This document shows, one piece after another, positions 57,101 through 64,000 of a stretch of 64,000 nucleotides of DNA. Made by a program: the position numbers and the translations under genes. The stretch is from Verrucomicrobiota bacterium (GTDB lineage Bacteria > Verrucomicrobiota > Verrucomicrobiia > Limisphaerales > AAA164-E04): the NCBI GenBank assembly GCA_029247315.1, contig JAQWLM010000027.1:13113-77112 (forward strand), read 5' to 3'. Below the pieces are notes generated by a model. The model was not told the origin of the DNA, searched no databases, and saw only the letters and a program-made list of their open reading frames with translations. Each line of letters opens with the position of its first letter. Positions within the stretch are counted from its first letter, which is position 1.

Positions 57101-58298
57101 GCTTCTTGATGAAGATGGTCGGGAGATTGAAAACCATAGCATTATCATCGGATCCGTCATCCTTGTGCCTGACGGCGGTAAGGTCAAAAAGGGACAGACC
57201 TTTGTCCAGTGGGATCCTTACAACGTACCTATTCTTTCGGAAAAGGCTGGCGTGGTGAAATTTCACGATATCATTGAGGGGGTCACCATGAAGCAGGAGG
57301 TGGACGAAGCCACAGGGCAAGAGGCAATGGTGATTATCGATCACAAGGAGGATCTACACCCTCAGATCATGATCCTGAAGTCCAAAAATGGTGAAGTGCT
57401 GGCGAATTATCCGATTCCTTCAGGCGCTCACATTGTGGTCAACGAGGGCAATCGCATACCAGCGGGGGCCTTGATGGCAAAAACGCCGCGCAAGACAAGT
57501 AAGACCAAGGATATCACCGGTGGTCTGCCTCGTGTTGCGGAACTCTTCGAGGCCCGCCGTCCAAAGGATGCGTCTGAAATTGCCAAGATGGACGGTATTG
57601 TTGATTTCGGTCCCAGTGTGCGCGGTAAACGTTGCATCATGATCCGGGACGCCAATTCGGGTGCGGAAGAGGAACATCTTATCCCCATCGCCAAGCATGT
57701 GATTGTGTTCAAGGGCGATCACGTCAAAAAGGGGCAACAATTGACGGAAGGTCCCATTGTGCCCCATGAAATCCTCGAAGTGTGTGGTCCGCAGGAACTG
57801 CAGGAGCATCTCGTGAATGAGGTTCAAGAGGTCTACCGCCTTCAGGGCGTGACGATCAATGATAAACACATTGAAATCATTGTTCGCCAAATGTTGCGCA
57901 AAGTACGTGTCACTGAGCCTGGGGATACCATCTTTCTCTGGGGTGAGCAGGTTGAGCGTACGATTTTCGAGCGTGAAAACCGCCGTGTTGAGGATATGGG
58001 GGGACAACCTGCCGATGCCTCACCGGTGCTCCTAGGCATCACCAAGGCATCTCTTGAGACGGAAAGCTTCCTCAGTGCCGCTTCATTTCAGGATACGACA
58101 CGGGTGCTGACTGACGCCGCGACGATGGGTAAAGTGGATTACCTTCGTGGATTCAAGGAAAACGTCATCATGGGTCATATCATTCCTGCAGGAACCGGTT
58201 ATCCCAAGCATCGGAATATCAAAGTTGCCCCTTTAGTGGAACCCATTGAAATAGAGGAGGAATCGACTCCTGAATTAGAGGAACCGGTTGCTGGATAG
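54165..58298 (+). CDS. rpoC: DNA-directed RNA polymerase beta' subunit
   Basis: Zn-finger CSCGKY...CDRCGVEV, the catalytic NADFDGDQM motif, and trigger-loop/bridge-helix regions. The track start at 54147 is TTG; the ATG at 54165 gives the typical spacing before [13 protein letters not shown]. Confidence 0.98.
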   Translation: MIESRNSTRELFGLDKVNLVDHISIAVASPESIRSWSKGEVKNPETINYRTFKPEKGGLFCERIFGPVKDWECSCGKYKRIKHRGVVCDRCGVEVTLSRVRRERMGHIELAVPVSHIWFFKCMPSRIGLILDMTARELERVVYYEDYLVIEPGTTPLKKHQLLSEMEYREARETYGVEAFEAEMGAGAVRRALESVELNSKVEELQVAMTETRSKQIRKKLAKRIKLYQGFVASKTRPEWMILVVLPVIPPDLRPLVPLEGGRFATSDLNDLYRRVINRNNRLKNLLQLKTPEVIIRNEKRMLQEAVDALFDNGRHGRAVTGAGNRPLKSLSDMLKGKSGRFRQNLLGKRVDYSGRSVIVIGPELKLNQCGLPKKMALVLFEPFIIRRLKELGYVHTVRSAKKMIERQSPEVWDILEEVTMGHPVLLNRAPTLHRLSIQAFEPVLIEGEAIRVHPLVCTAYNADFDGDQMAVHVPLSVEAQMEARLLMMAPNNIFSPSSGKPIMTPTQDITLGCYYLTAEPRKAKKKNKRLNFFGTKAEVIFAFDDGELKTHSRINLLNPDHGKDTVYGDKEKKVIETTVGRVVFSEIWPQELGYPNRAIGKGQIGDLIWNCYKVCGHEETVVTLDKLKELGFREATKAGVSIGIDDMIIPIEKNQEIDVAQDQISEVENQYRRGVITPGERYNKIIDIWTHCTDQISNVMLRTLQANQNKDEFNPVYLMVDSGARGNRQQVRQLAGIRGLMAKPSGDIIEKPILSNFREGLTVLEYFISTHGARKGLADTALKTADSGYMTRKLVDVAQDVIVREEDCETSNGILVSAIYEGEDEVVKLSERLVGRVSCEDIVDPGDVKNVIVQANDEIDEVTAKAVDSAGIERVKIRSVLTCESNVGLCAKCYGRNLATGKQVKEGEAVGIIAAQSIGEPGTQLTMRTFHIGGTASQIFKQPQIKSKHEAKVVYSELRCVELEDGNNIVLNKNGSLLLLDEDGREIENHSIIIGSVILVPDGGKVKKGQTFVQWDPYNVPILSEKAGVVKFHDIIEGVTMKQEVDEATGQEAMVIIDHKEDLHPQIMILKSKNGEVLANYPIPSGAHIVVNEGNRIPAGALMAKTPRKTSKTKDITGGLPRVAELFEARRPKDASEIAKMDGIVDFGPSVRGKRCIMIRDANSGAEEEHLIPIAKHVIVFKGDHVKKGQQLTEGPIVPHEILEVCGPQELQEHLVNEVQEVYRLQGVTINDKHIEIIVRQMLRKVRVTEPGDTIFLWGEQVERTIFERENRRVEDMGGQPADASPVLLGITKASLETESFLSAASFQDTTRVLTDAATMGKVDYLRGFKENVIMGHIIPAGTGYPKHRNIKVAPLVEPIEIEEESTPELEEPVAG

Positions 58299-58337
58299 AT
58301 CTGTCAAATGACTTAAAAAAATATTTCAAATTATCTC

Positions 58338-58365
58338 TTGCATGGAGAAAGGCCCTTGCTAATAT
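58338..58365 (+). promoter_or_regulatory. promoter candidate for the rpsL-rpsG-fusA(-S10) transcription unit
   Basis: TTGCAT-16 nt-TAATAT in an AT-rich stretch, about 60 nt upstream of rpsL. Sequence match only. Confidence 0.4.
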
Positions 58366-58425
58366 GCGCGCTCCATTTCTCAGGGAGCAAAACCTGGCCC
58401 GTTTGGAATTTACACAAAATCGCAA

Positions 58426-58812
58426 ATGCCAACCATTAATCAACTAGTCCGTAAGGGACGTAAAAAGGTTAAAGTCAAGTCGACTTCGCCGGCTTTGGAG
58501 AATTGCCCCTTTCGCCGAGGCGTGTGTGTGCAGGTGATGACCCGCACACCCAAGAAGCCAAACTCCGCAATGCGTAAGGTTGCCAAAGTGCGCCTGACAA
58601 ATGGATATGAGGTCATCGCATACATCCCGGACGAGGGTCACAACCTGCAGGAACACAGTATCGTACTGATTCGTGGTGGTCGTGTGAAAGATCTTCCGGG
58701 CGTGCGATACCATGTGGTGCGTGGAACGCTTGATGCCAATGGTGTCGAAAAACGCCGTGTGAGCCGATCCAAATACGGCGTTAAACGTCCGAAAGAGCAG
58801 AAAAAAAGCTAA
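58426..58812 (+). CDS. rpsL: 30S ribosomal protein S12
   Basis: [11 protein letters not shown]...[18 protein letters not shown]...[13 protein letters not shown]. Confidence 0.98.
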   Translation: MPTINQLVRKGRKKVKVKSTSPALENCPFRRGVCVQVMTRTPKKPNSAMRKVAKVRLTNGYEVIAYIPDEGHNLQEHSIVLIRGGRVKDLPGVRYHVVRGTLDANGVEKRRVSRSKYGVKRPKEQKKS

Positions 58813-58832
58813 GAATTTACTGAATTGATCCT

Positions 58833-59306
58833 ATGTCAAGACGTCGCAGAGCAGTGAAGCGCAAAATTGTTGCTGACCCTAAATATGGCAGCAGCCTGGT
58901 GGCTCGTCTCGTGAGCATTCTCATGGTGCAAGGCAAAAAGAGCATTGCCCAGAAAGTGGTCTATGGGGCCATGGACACGCTGGGGGAAAAAAATCCGGCG
59001 GCCAGCCCGCTTGATCTACTACAACGTGCAGTCGACAACGCCAAGCCTCGCTTGGAGGTGAAGCCACGTCGTGTCGGGGGCGCAACCTACCAGGTGCCGA
59101 TGGAAGTGACAACAGACCGTCAAAACGCCCTGGCAATTCGATGGATCGTTAAATTTGCAAGCGCCCGGAAGGGTGTTCCCATGGCGGACGCACTGGCAAA
59201 CGAAATTATGGATGCTTACCAAGGTCAGGGCTCATCCATACGTCGTCGAGATGAAGTCCATAAGATGGCACAGGCAAACAAGGCGTTTGCACATTTTCGT
59301 TGGTAA
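58833..59306 (+). CDS. rpsG: 30S ribosomal protein S7
   Basis: DPKYGS..V..L...MVQGKKSIAQKVVY...RRVGGATYQVP. Confidence 0.98.
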   Translation: MSRRRRAVKRKIVADPKYGSSLVARLVSILMVQGKKSIAQKVVYGAMDTLGEKNPAASPLDLLQRAVDNAKPRLEVKPRRVGGATYQVPMEVTTDRQNALAIRWIVKFASARKGVPMADALANEIMDAYQGQGSSIRRRDEVHKMAQANKAFAHFRW

Positions 59307-59322
59307 AAACAAAAACAGGTTG

Positions 59323-59362
59323 GCCCCTGCGTGGTTCGTTGAACACTAAGGGGCTTTTTTAT
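59323..59362 (+). terminator. intrinsic terminator-like hairpin between rpsG and fusA
   Basis: GCCCCT...AGGGGC (6 bp) plus an inner GTG/CAC segment, followed by TTTTTTATT. It lies 17 nt after the rpsG stop and ends about 22 nt before the fusA ATG. Confidence 0.5.
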
Positions 59363-59383
59363 TCCCTAATGGTCACAGATTGA

Positions 59384-61561
59384 ATGAGCATACTGGCTCA
59401 AGAACAAAGATCAGCGTTGAATTCGCATGACCGCGAATACTCGCTCGAGCGTACGCGCAATATTGGTATTGCCGCGCACATCGACGCGGGCAAAACAACG
59501 ACGACTGAGCGCATCTTGTTCTACACTGGTTTGATTCATAAGATGGGTGAAGTCCACGATGGGGATACTGTTACCGACTGGATGTCTCAGGAAAAGGAAA
59601 GGGGAATTACCATCACCTCGGCGGCCATCACATGCTTTTGGAAGCAGGTTGATGATGGTCTCGTCAAATCTTTTCCTGACATTCCTCACCGGATCAACAT
59701 CATCGACACGCCTGGACATGTTGATTTTACCGCTGAGGTCGAGCGTTCCATGCGTGTTCTGGATGGAGCCGTTGCCGTGTTTTGTGGTGTGGCAGGTGTT
59801 CAACCACAATCAGAAACGGTTTGGCGCCAAGCTACCAAATACAGCGTCCCACGTATTGCGTTCGTCAACAAGATGGATCGTACGGGTGCAGACTTTGATA
59901 ACGCGCTTAACGACATGCGCACCAAATTAGGTGCCTATGCTTACGCCATTGCTCTACCGCTCGGTGCTGAAGATCAACTGAAGGGAATCATCGATGTGGT
60001 CAGTCAAAAGGCCGTTGTTTACGACGAGAGTGACCCGACTGGTTTGGAGTATTTAGTTGTCGACCTGCCAGAAGATGAGGTGCCACGGGCTCGAAAAGCC
60101 CTTCAGGACCTGGTAGAAGCGGTCGCCGACAAGGATAATGAAGTCATGGAACTCCTCTTGGAGGAAAAACCGGTGGGCGTGGCAGTGCTTAAAGCTGCCA
60201 TTCGTCGATTGACCTGCGCCCTCGAGCTGGTCCCCGTTCTCGGAGGTTCGGCTTTCAAGAACAAAGGGGTTCACGCGGTGGTCGATGCCGTGATTGACTA
60301 TCTCCCTTCACCCGTAGACGTTCCACCCGCTATTGGAAACGACTTGGATGAGGACCAGGAAATTGAAATTAAAGCCGACGATAACGGCAAATTCTGTGGC
60401 CTTGCATTCAAACTCTGGACAGATCCTTTTGTAGGTAAACTCGTCTTTATGCGCGTTTATCGTGGCACACTCCGCAAGGGGGATTCCTTGCTTAACACAC
60501 GCACCGGAAAGCGCGATCGGGCAAGTCGACTTTTAATGATCCAAGCCGATAAACGCACCGACTGCGAGGCTGTTTATTCAGGTGATATCGTGGCAATCGT
60601 TGGTGTCAGGAACATCACCACAGGCGACACCATATGCGATAAAGACACCGAAATCAGCCTCGAACCTCCAACCTTTCCTGAGCCTGTTATCTCGATGGCC
60701 ATTGAGCCAAAAACCAAACTCGATCGCGAAAAGATGTCTGAAGGACTCCAACGCTTATCAGAGGAAGATCCGACTTTCCGCTGTTTCACCAACGAAGAAA
60801 CGGGTCAACTGATCATCGCTGGTATGGGGGAGTTGCATCTGGAGATCATTCGAGACCGTCTTCTGCGTGAGTTCAAGGTGGATGCTAACGCAGGTGCTCC
60901 CCAGATTGCTTACCGAGAAACCATCACCAAGGAGGCCAGTGGCGAAGGTAAATTTATTCGTCAGTCCGGAGGTCGTGGTCAATACGGTCATGCGATCATT
61001 CATATGCAGCCCGCTGAGCGAGGTAAGGGAATCAATGTAGAGAGCAAGATTATTGGCGGTGTTATCCCCAAGGAATACATCCCATCGGTCATTTCTGGTA
61101 TCCAGGAGTCCATCGCTGGTGGTGTGCTGGCCAATTACCCGATGGTCGATATCTCTGTGCAGATTGTAGATGGAAGTTTTCACGAAGTGGATTCCAATGA
61201 ACTCGCTTTCAAAATGGCAGGCATCTTCGCTTTCAAGGAAGCCGCTAAAAAAGCATCCATGATATTGCTGGAGCCCGTCATGAAGGTGGAGGTGACAACA
61301 CCTGATGAATACCAAGGTGACATCCTGGGTGACCTGAATCGCCGCAGAGGCAAAATTGCAAGTATTGATTCCAAGCCGCAGGTAACCATTTTAAATTCAG
61401 AGGTGCCTTTAGCGGAGATGTTCGGATACGCCACGGCGGTCCGTTCCTTGTCAAAGGGGCGTGCCTCCTACTCGATGGAACCCGATAAATTCGAACCAGT
61501 ACCCACTCAAATCGTAAATAATATTTTAGAATCTTTCACACCTAAGGTGAGTAGATCCTGA
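59384..61561 (+). CDS. fusA: elongation factor G
   Basis: [21 protein letters not shown], and domains II-V. It is 725 aa, somewhat longer than the usual ~700. Confidence 0.98.
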   Translation: MSILAQEQRSALNSHDREYSLERTRNIGIAAHIDAGKTTTTERILFYTGLIHKMGEVHDGDTVTDWMSQEKERGITITSAAITCFWKQVDDGLVKSFPDIPHRINIIDTPGHVDFTAEVERSMRVLDGAVAVFCGVAGVQPQSETVWRQATKYSVPRIAFVNKMDRTGADFDNALNDMRTKLGAYAYAIALPLGAEDQLKGIIDVVSQKAVVYDESDPTGLEYLVVDLPEDEVPRARKALQDLVEAVADKDNEVMELLLEEKPVGVAVLKAAIRRLTCALELVPVLGGSAFKNKGVHAVVDAVIDYLPSPVDVPPAIGNDLDEDQEIEIKADDNGKFCGLAFKLWTDPFVGKLVFMRVYRGTLRKGDSLLNTRTGKRDRASRLLMIQADKRTDCEAVYSGDIVAIVGVRNITTGDTICDKDTEISLEPPTFPEPVISMAIEPKTKLDREKMSEGLQRLSEEDPTFRCFTNEETGQLIIAGMGELHLEIIRDRLLREFKVDANAGAPQIAYRETITKEASGEGKFIRQSGGRGQYGHAIIHMQPAERGKGINVESKIIGGVIPKEYIPSVISGIQESIAGGVLANYPMVDISVQIVDGSFHEVDSNELAFKMAGIFAFKEAAKKASMILLEPVMKVEVTTPDEYQGDILGDLNRRRGKIASIDSKPQVTILNSEVPLAEMFGYATAVRSLSKGRASYSMEPDKFEPVPTQIVNNILESFTPKVSRS

Positions 61562-61595
61562 GTTAACAACCTATCAACCTCGTTCTTTATTAATT

Positions 61596-61904
61596 ATGGC
61601 AGGACAAAGAATACGTATTCGCCTGAAGGCTTATGATCATCGTGTGATTGATCAGTCCGCCCAGGAAATTGTGGAGACCGTCAAAAGGTCAGGGGCTCGC
61701 GTGGCAGGACCTATTCCACTGCCAACGCGTGTTGAGCGCTTTACCGTGACACGATCCCCGCATGTGGACAAGAAGTCCCATGAAACCTTTGAGCAACGTA
61801 CTCACAAGCGTTTGTTGGATATTCTCGAGCCGACTGCGAAAACGGTTGACGAGCTCAAGAAGTTAAACCTCCCTGCAGGCGTGGACATCACCATCAAGAT
61901 TTAA
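61596..61904 (+). CDS. rpsJ: 30S ribosomal protein S10
   Basis: [18 protein letters not shown]...GPIPLPT...[21 protein letters not shown]. Confidence 0.98.
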   Translation: MAGQRIRIRLKAYDHRVIDQSAQEIVETVKRSGARVAGPIPLPTRVERFTVTRSPHVDKKSHETFEQRTHKRLLDILEPTAKTVDELKKLNLPAGVDITIKI

Positions 61905-61920
61905 CGAAAGGCACGTCATC

Positions 61921-62565
61921 ATGTTAGGATTACTCGGCAAAAAATTGGGACAGACACGTGTCTACGACAAGGAAGGTTCCGCTGTTCACGTAACTATCGT
62001 TGAATGCGGTCCGAATCATGTGGTTCAACGGAAAACAGCTGACTCGGATGGCTACAGCGCCGTCCAGTTGGCCTTTGATCCACAAAAAGATCAACGGCTC
62101 AATAAACCCACGCTAGGTCACTTTACCAAGCACAAAACCACTGGATTCAAAAGAATTCGAGAATTTCGGGATTTCACGCTTGATGTGAAGTCCGGTGATG
62201 TGGTTAAGGTGGAAGACTGCTTCGCTGAAGGAGATTACGTGGACGCCATAGGCCTCACCAAGGGGCGTGGCTTCCAGGGGGTGATGAAACGGTGGAACTT
62301 CAGTGGCGGTCGTGCCACTCATGGTGCCAAGGGCTGGAAACGCCGGCCTGGAGCCATTGGATGTCGGTCCTTTCCCGGTTGGGTAGCCAAAGGTAAAAAA
62401 ATGCCAGGACACATGGGGCAAGCCCGGCGTACCGTGCAGAACTTGAAAATCGTCAAAGTTCACGGTGAGGACAACCTTCTGTTGGTCAAGGGAGCGATTC
62501 CCGGCGCCGCAGGGGACTATGTGGTGATCCGTGAGGCGAAGAAAAAGCCCAAACAGCAGGCATGA
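61921..62565 (+). CDS. rplC: 50S ribosomal protein L3
   Basis: GLLGKKLGQTRVY...TKGRGFQGVMKRWNF.GG.ATHG. Confidence 0.98.
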   Translation: MLGLLGKKLGQTRVYDKEGSAVHVTIVECGPNHVVQRKTADSDGYSAVQLAFDPQKDQRLNKPTLGHFTKHKTTGFKRIREFRDFTLDVKSGDVVKVEDCFAEGDYVDAIGLTKGRGFQGVMKRWNFSGGRATHGAKGWKRRPGAIGCRSFPGWVAKGKKMPGHMGQARRTVQNLKIVKVHGEDNLLLVKGAIPGAAGDYVVIREAKKKPKQQA

Positions 62566-62586
62566 TTTCTGGGGGGTAACTGAAAG

Positions 62587-63210
62587 ATGAAGATAAACGT
62601 TCAAAATATTAACGGCGAGGCCTTGGAGGAATGTGACATTCCCTTCACCATCGTCGAAGAGGGAGCAAAGGGGCTCCAGGCTGTGCACGATGCTGTGGTC
62701 GCTTACACCGCGTCTCAGAGGAGTGGCACTGCCTGTGCAAAAACCCGCTCAGAGGTTGCAGGGACTGGCAAGAAGCCGTGGCGGCAAAAGGGTACAGGCC
62801 GGGCACGAGCCGGTTCTTTCCGTTCTCCAATTTGGCGCGGTGGCGGCGTTGTGTTTGGACCTCGCCCTCGTGATTTTCGCAAGGATGTTAACAAGAAGAC
62901 CCGGAAACTTGCCCTCAAGAAAGCGCTCAGTGAGCGTTTTAAATCCGGGGAAATTATCGTTGTTGATCAAGTGAGTTTTGAGCAGCCCAAAACCAAGACC
63001 TTCATCGATATGCTCGACAAGCTCAAGATTGACGGAACAGCCTTACTCGTGACCGAGAGGGTAGATGCCAATGCACAGCTCTCAGCGCGCAACATCCCAT
63101 ACGTTTCTGTTACCACCGGCGATTCGTTGAATACCTACGATACGTTGAAATACGATCGCATCATCATGACGCGAGAGGCACTCGTGGGGCTGCAATCAAG
63201 ACTCAGTTAA
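62587..63210 (+). CDS. rplD: 50S ribosomal protein L4
   Basis: KKPWRQKGTGRARAGSFRSPIWRGGGVVFGPRPRDF. Confidence 0.97.
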   Translation: MKINVQNINGEALEECDIPFTIVEEGAKGLQAVHDAVVAYTASQRSGTACAKTRSEVAGTGKKPWRQKGTGRARAGSFRSPIWRGGGVVFGPRPRDFRKDVNKKTRKLALKKALSERFKSGEIIVVDQVSFEQPKTKTFIDMLDKLKIDGTALLVTERVDANAQLSARNIPYVSVTTGDSLNTYDTLKYDRIIMTREALVGLQSRLS

Positions 63211-63220
63211 TTTAACCGCC

Positions 63221-63502
63221 ATGAACGCATACGATATTATCAAGACTGTCCGAATTACGGAAAAAGGAACGGTGCAGTCCAGTGAATACAACCAATATAC
63301 CGTGGTGGCTGATACACGCGCCAACAAATTCCAGATACGTGACGCGGTGGAAGAGTTGTTTAAAGTAAAGGTTCTTCGTGTCAATACGCTCAATGTGCGT
63401 GGCAAGGATCGGCGCCAGCGCACCAAGCAGGCAGGTCGATCTGCAAACTGGAAAAAGGCAATGGTTACCCTCAAGAGCGGTGACAAAATTGAATTAACCT
63501 AA
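63221..63502 (+). CDS. rplW: 50S ribosomal protein L23
   Basis: [13 protein letters not shown]...[29 protein letters not shown]. Confidence 0.97.
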   Translation: MNAYDIIKTVRITEKGTVQSSEYNQYTVVADTRANKFQIRDAVEELFKVKVLRVNTLNVRGKDRRQRTKQAGRSANWKKAMVTLKSGDKIELT

Positions 63503-63519
63503 GTCAGAAGGGGAATAAT

Positions 63520-64000
63520 ATGGCAGTCAAAACTTTTAAGCCTTTAACACCAGGTCGTCGATTCCAAGCGGTTGCTGACTTTTCCAATCTTACCAAAAAG
63601 AAACCGGAGAAGAAACTGCTCACGACCAAGAAGAAAACCGGTGGGAGAAATTGTTATGGTCGCATCACGGCTCGAGCCATTGGTGGCGGACATAAGCAGA
63701 AAATCCGCACTGTTGATTTTCGTCGTAATAAAACTGGCATCGAGGCCGAAGTAGTGGCCTTGGAATATGATCCAATGCGTTCAGCGCGACTCGCTCTGCT
63801 GCAGTATACAGATGGTGAAAAGCGATACATCGTGGCGCCACTTGGGCTGGAAGTGGGTGGCAAGGTCATGAGTGGTCCGGAAGCCCCTACAGTCATAGGA
63901 AATGCCATGCCATTGGAAAATATTCCGGTTGGTTCATCTGTGCACAGTATCGAATTAATGCCCGGACGGGGTGGACAGATCGCACGCACCGCGGGTTCCT
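63520..64000 (+). CDS. rplB: 50S ribosomal protein L2 (3' end beyond window)
   Basis: My own translation from the ATG at 63520 gives [22 protein letters not shown]...[28 protein letters not shown]...[13 protein letters not shown]. The frame is open to base 64000. This ORF is not in the supplied track because no stop codon falls inside the window. Confidence 0.95.
   Translation, partial: MAVKTFKPLTPGRRFQAVADFSNLTKKKPEKKLLTTKKKTGGRNCYGRITARAIGGGHKQKIRTVDFRRNKTGIEAEVVALEYDPMRSARLALLQYTDGEKRYIVAPLGLEVGGKVMSGPEAPTVIGNAMPLENIPVGSSVHSIELMPGRGGQIARTAGS

Overview
This is a 64-kb chromosomal window from a PVC-superphylum bacterium, most consistent with Verrucomicrobiota, although Planctomycetota is not excluded. 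The taxonomic call rests on several marker types: a Pirellula/Verrucomicrobium-type CxxCH heme-domain protein, a PSCyt/PSD (DUF1549/DUF1553) + DUF1501 module, several S1 sulfatases, exported Gfo/Idh/MocA oxidoreductases, and the Chlamydia-like order tRNA-Thr/tuf/tRNA-Trp/secE. Bases 1-45,100 are mostly minus-strand housekeeping and accessory genes. They include pheST, rpmI-rplT, a ribose-type sugar ABC importer clustered with a sulfatase, oxidoreductase, PHP phosphatase and PfkB kinase, and the PSCyt-WD40/DUF1549-DUF1553/DUF1501 triad. They also include an exported oxidoreductase with a protease/pseudoprotease pair, SDR, a second sulfatase, yebC, an esterase-nagA-kinase cluster, and Sel1 + TPR/FG-GAP/UnbV giant + DUF2339 envelope proteins. 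Bases 45,200-64,000 are the conserved plus-strand core: tRNA-Thr, tuf, tRNA-Trp, tRNA-Ser, secE, nusG, rplKAJL, rpoBC, rpsL, rpsG, fusA, rpsJ, rplCDW and the 5' part of rplB. I saw no rRNA, CRISPR array, transposase, integrase, phage, reverse-transcriptase or recognisable defence genes, and I did not find a clear-cut new system. The best second-look candidates are: (i) the translationally coupled heme-motif/WD40 + DUF1549/1553 + Tat-DUF1501 triad; (ii) an ATGA-coupled HtrA-like protease and a catalytically dead, domain-inserted paralog; (iii) the envelope cluster around the 1127-aa TPR/FG-GAP/UnbV protein; (iv) two ORF-poor stretches (29.6-30.6 kb and 42.2-43.8 kb) with decayed-gene signatures, palindromes and a 46-nt hairpin; and (v) terminator-like hairpins inside normally contiguous ribosomal operons. 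The supplied ORF track shows GTG/TTG starts as M, so I re-checked start codons in the DNA and shortened several genes to the first plausible ATG. No searches or folding calculations were run; family calls come from motif recognition by eye.
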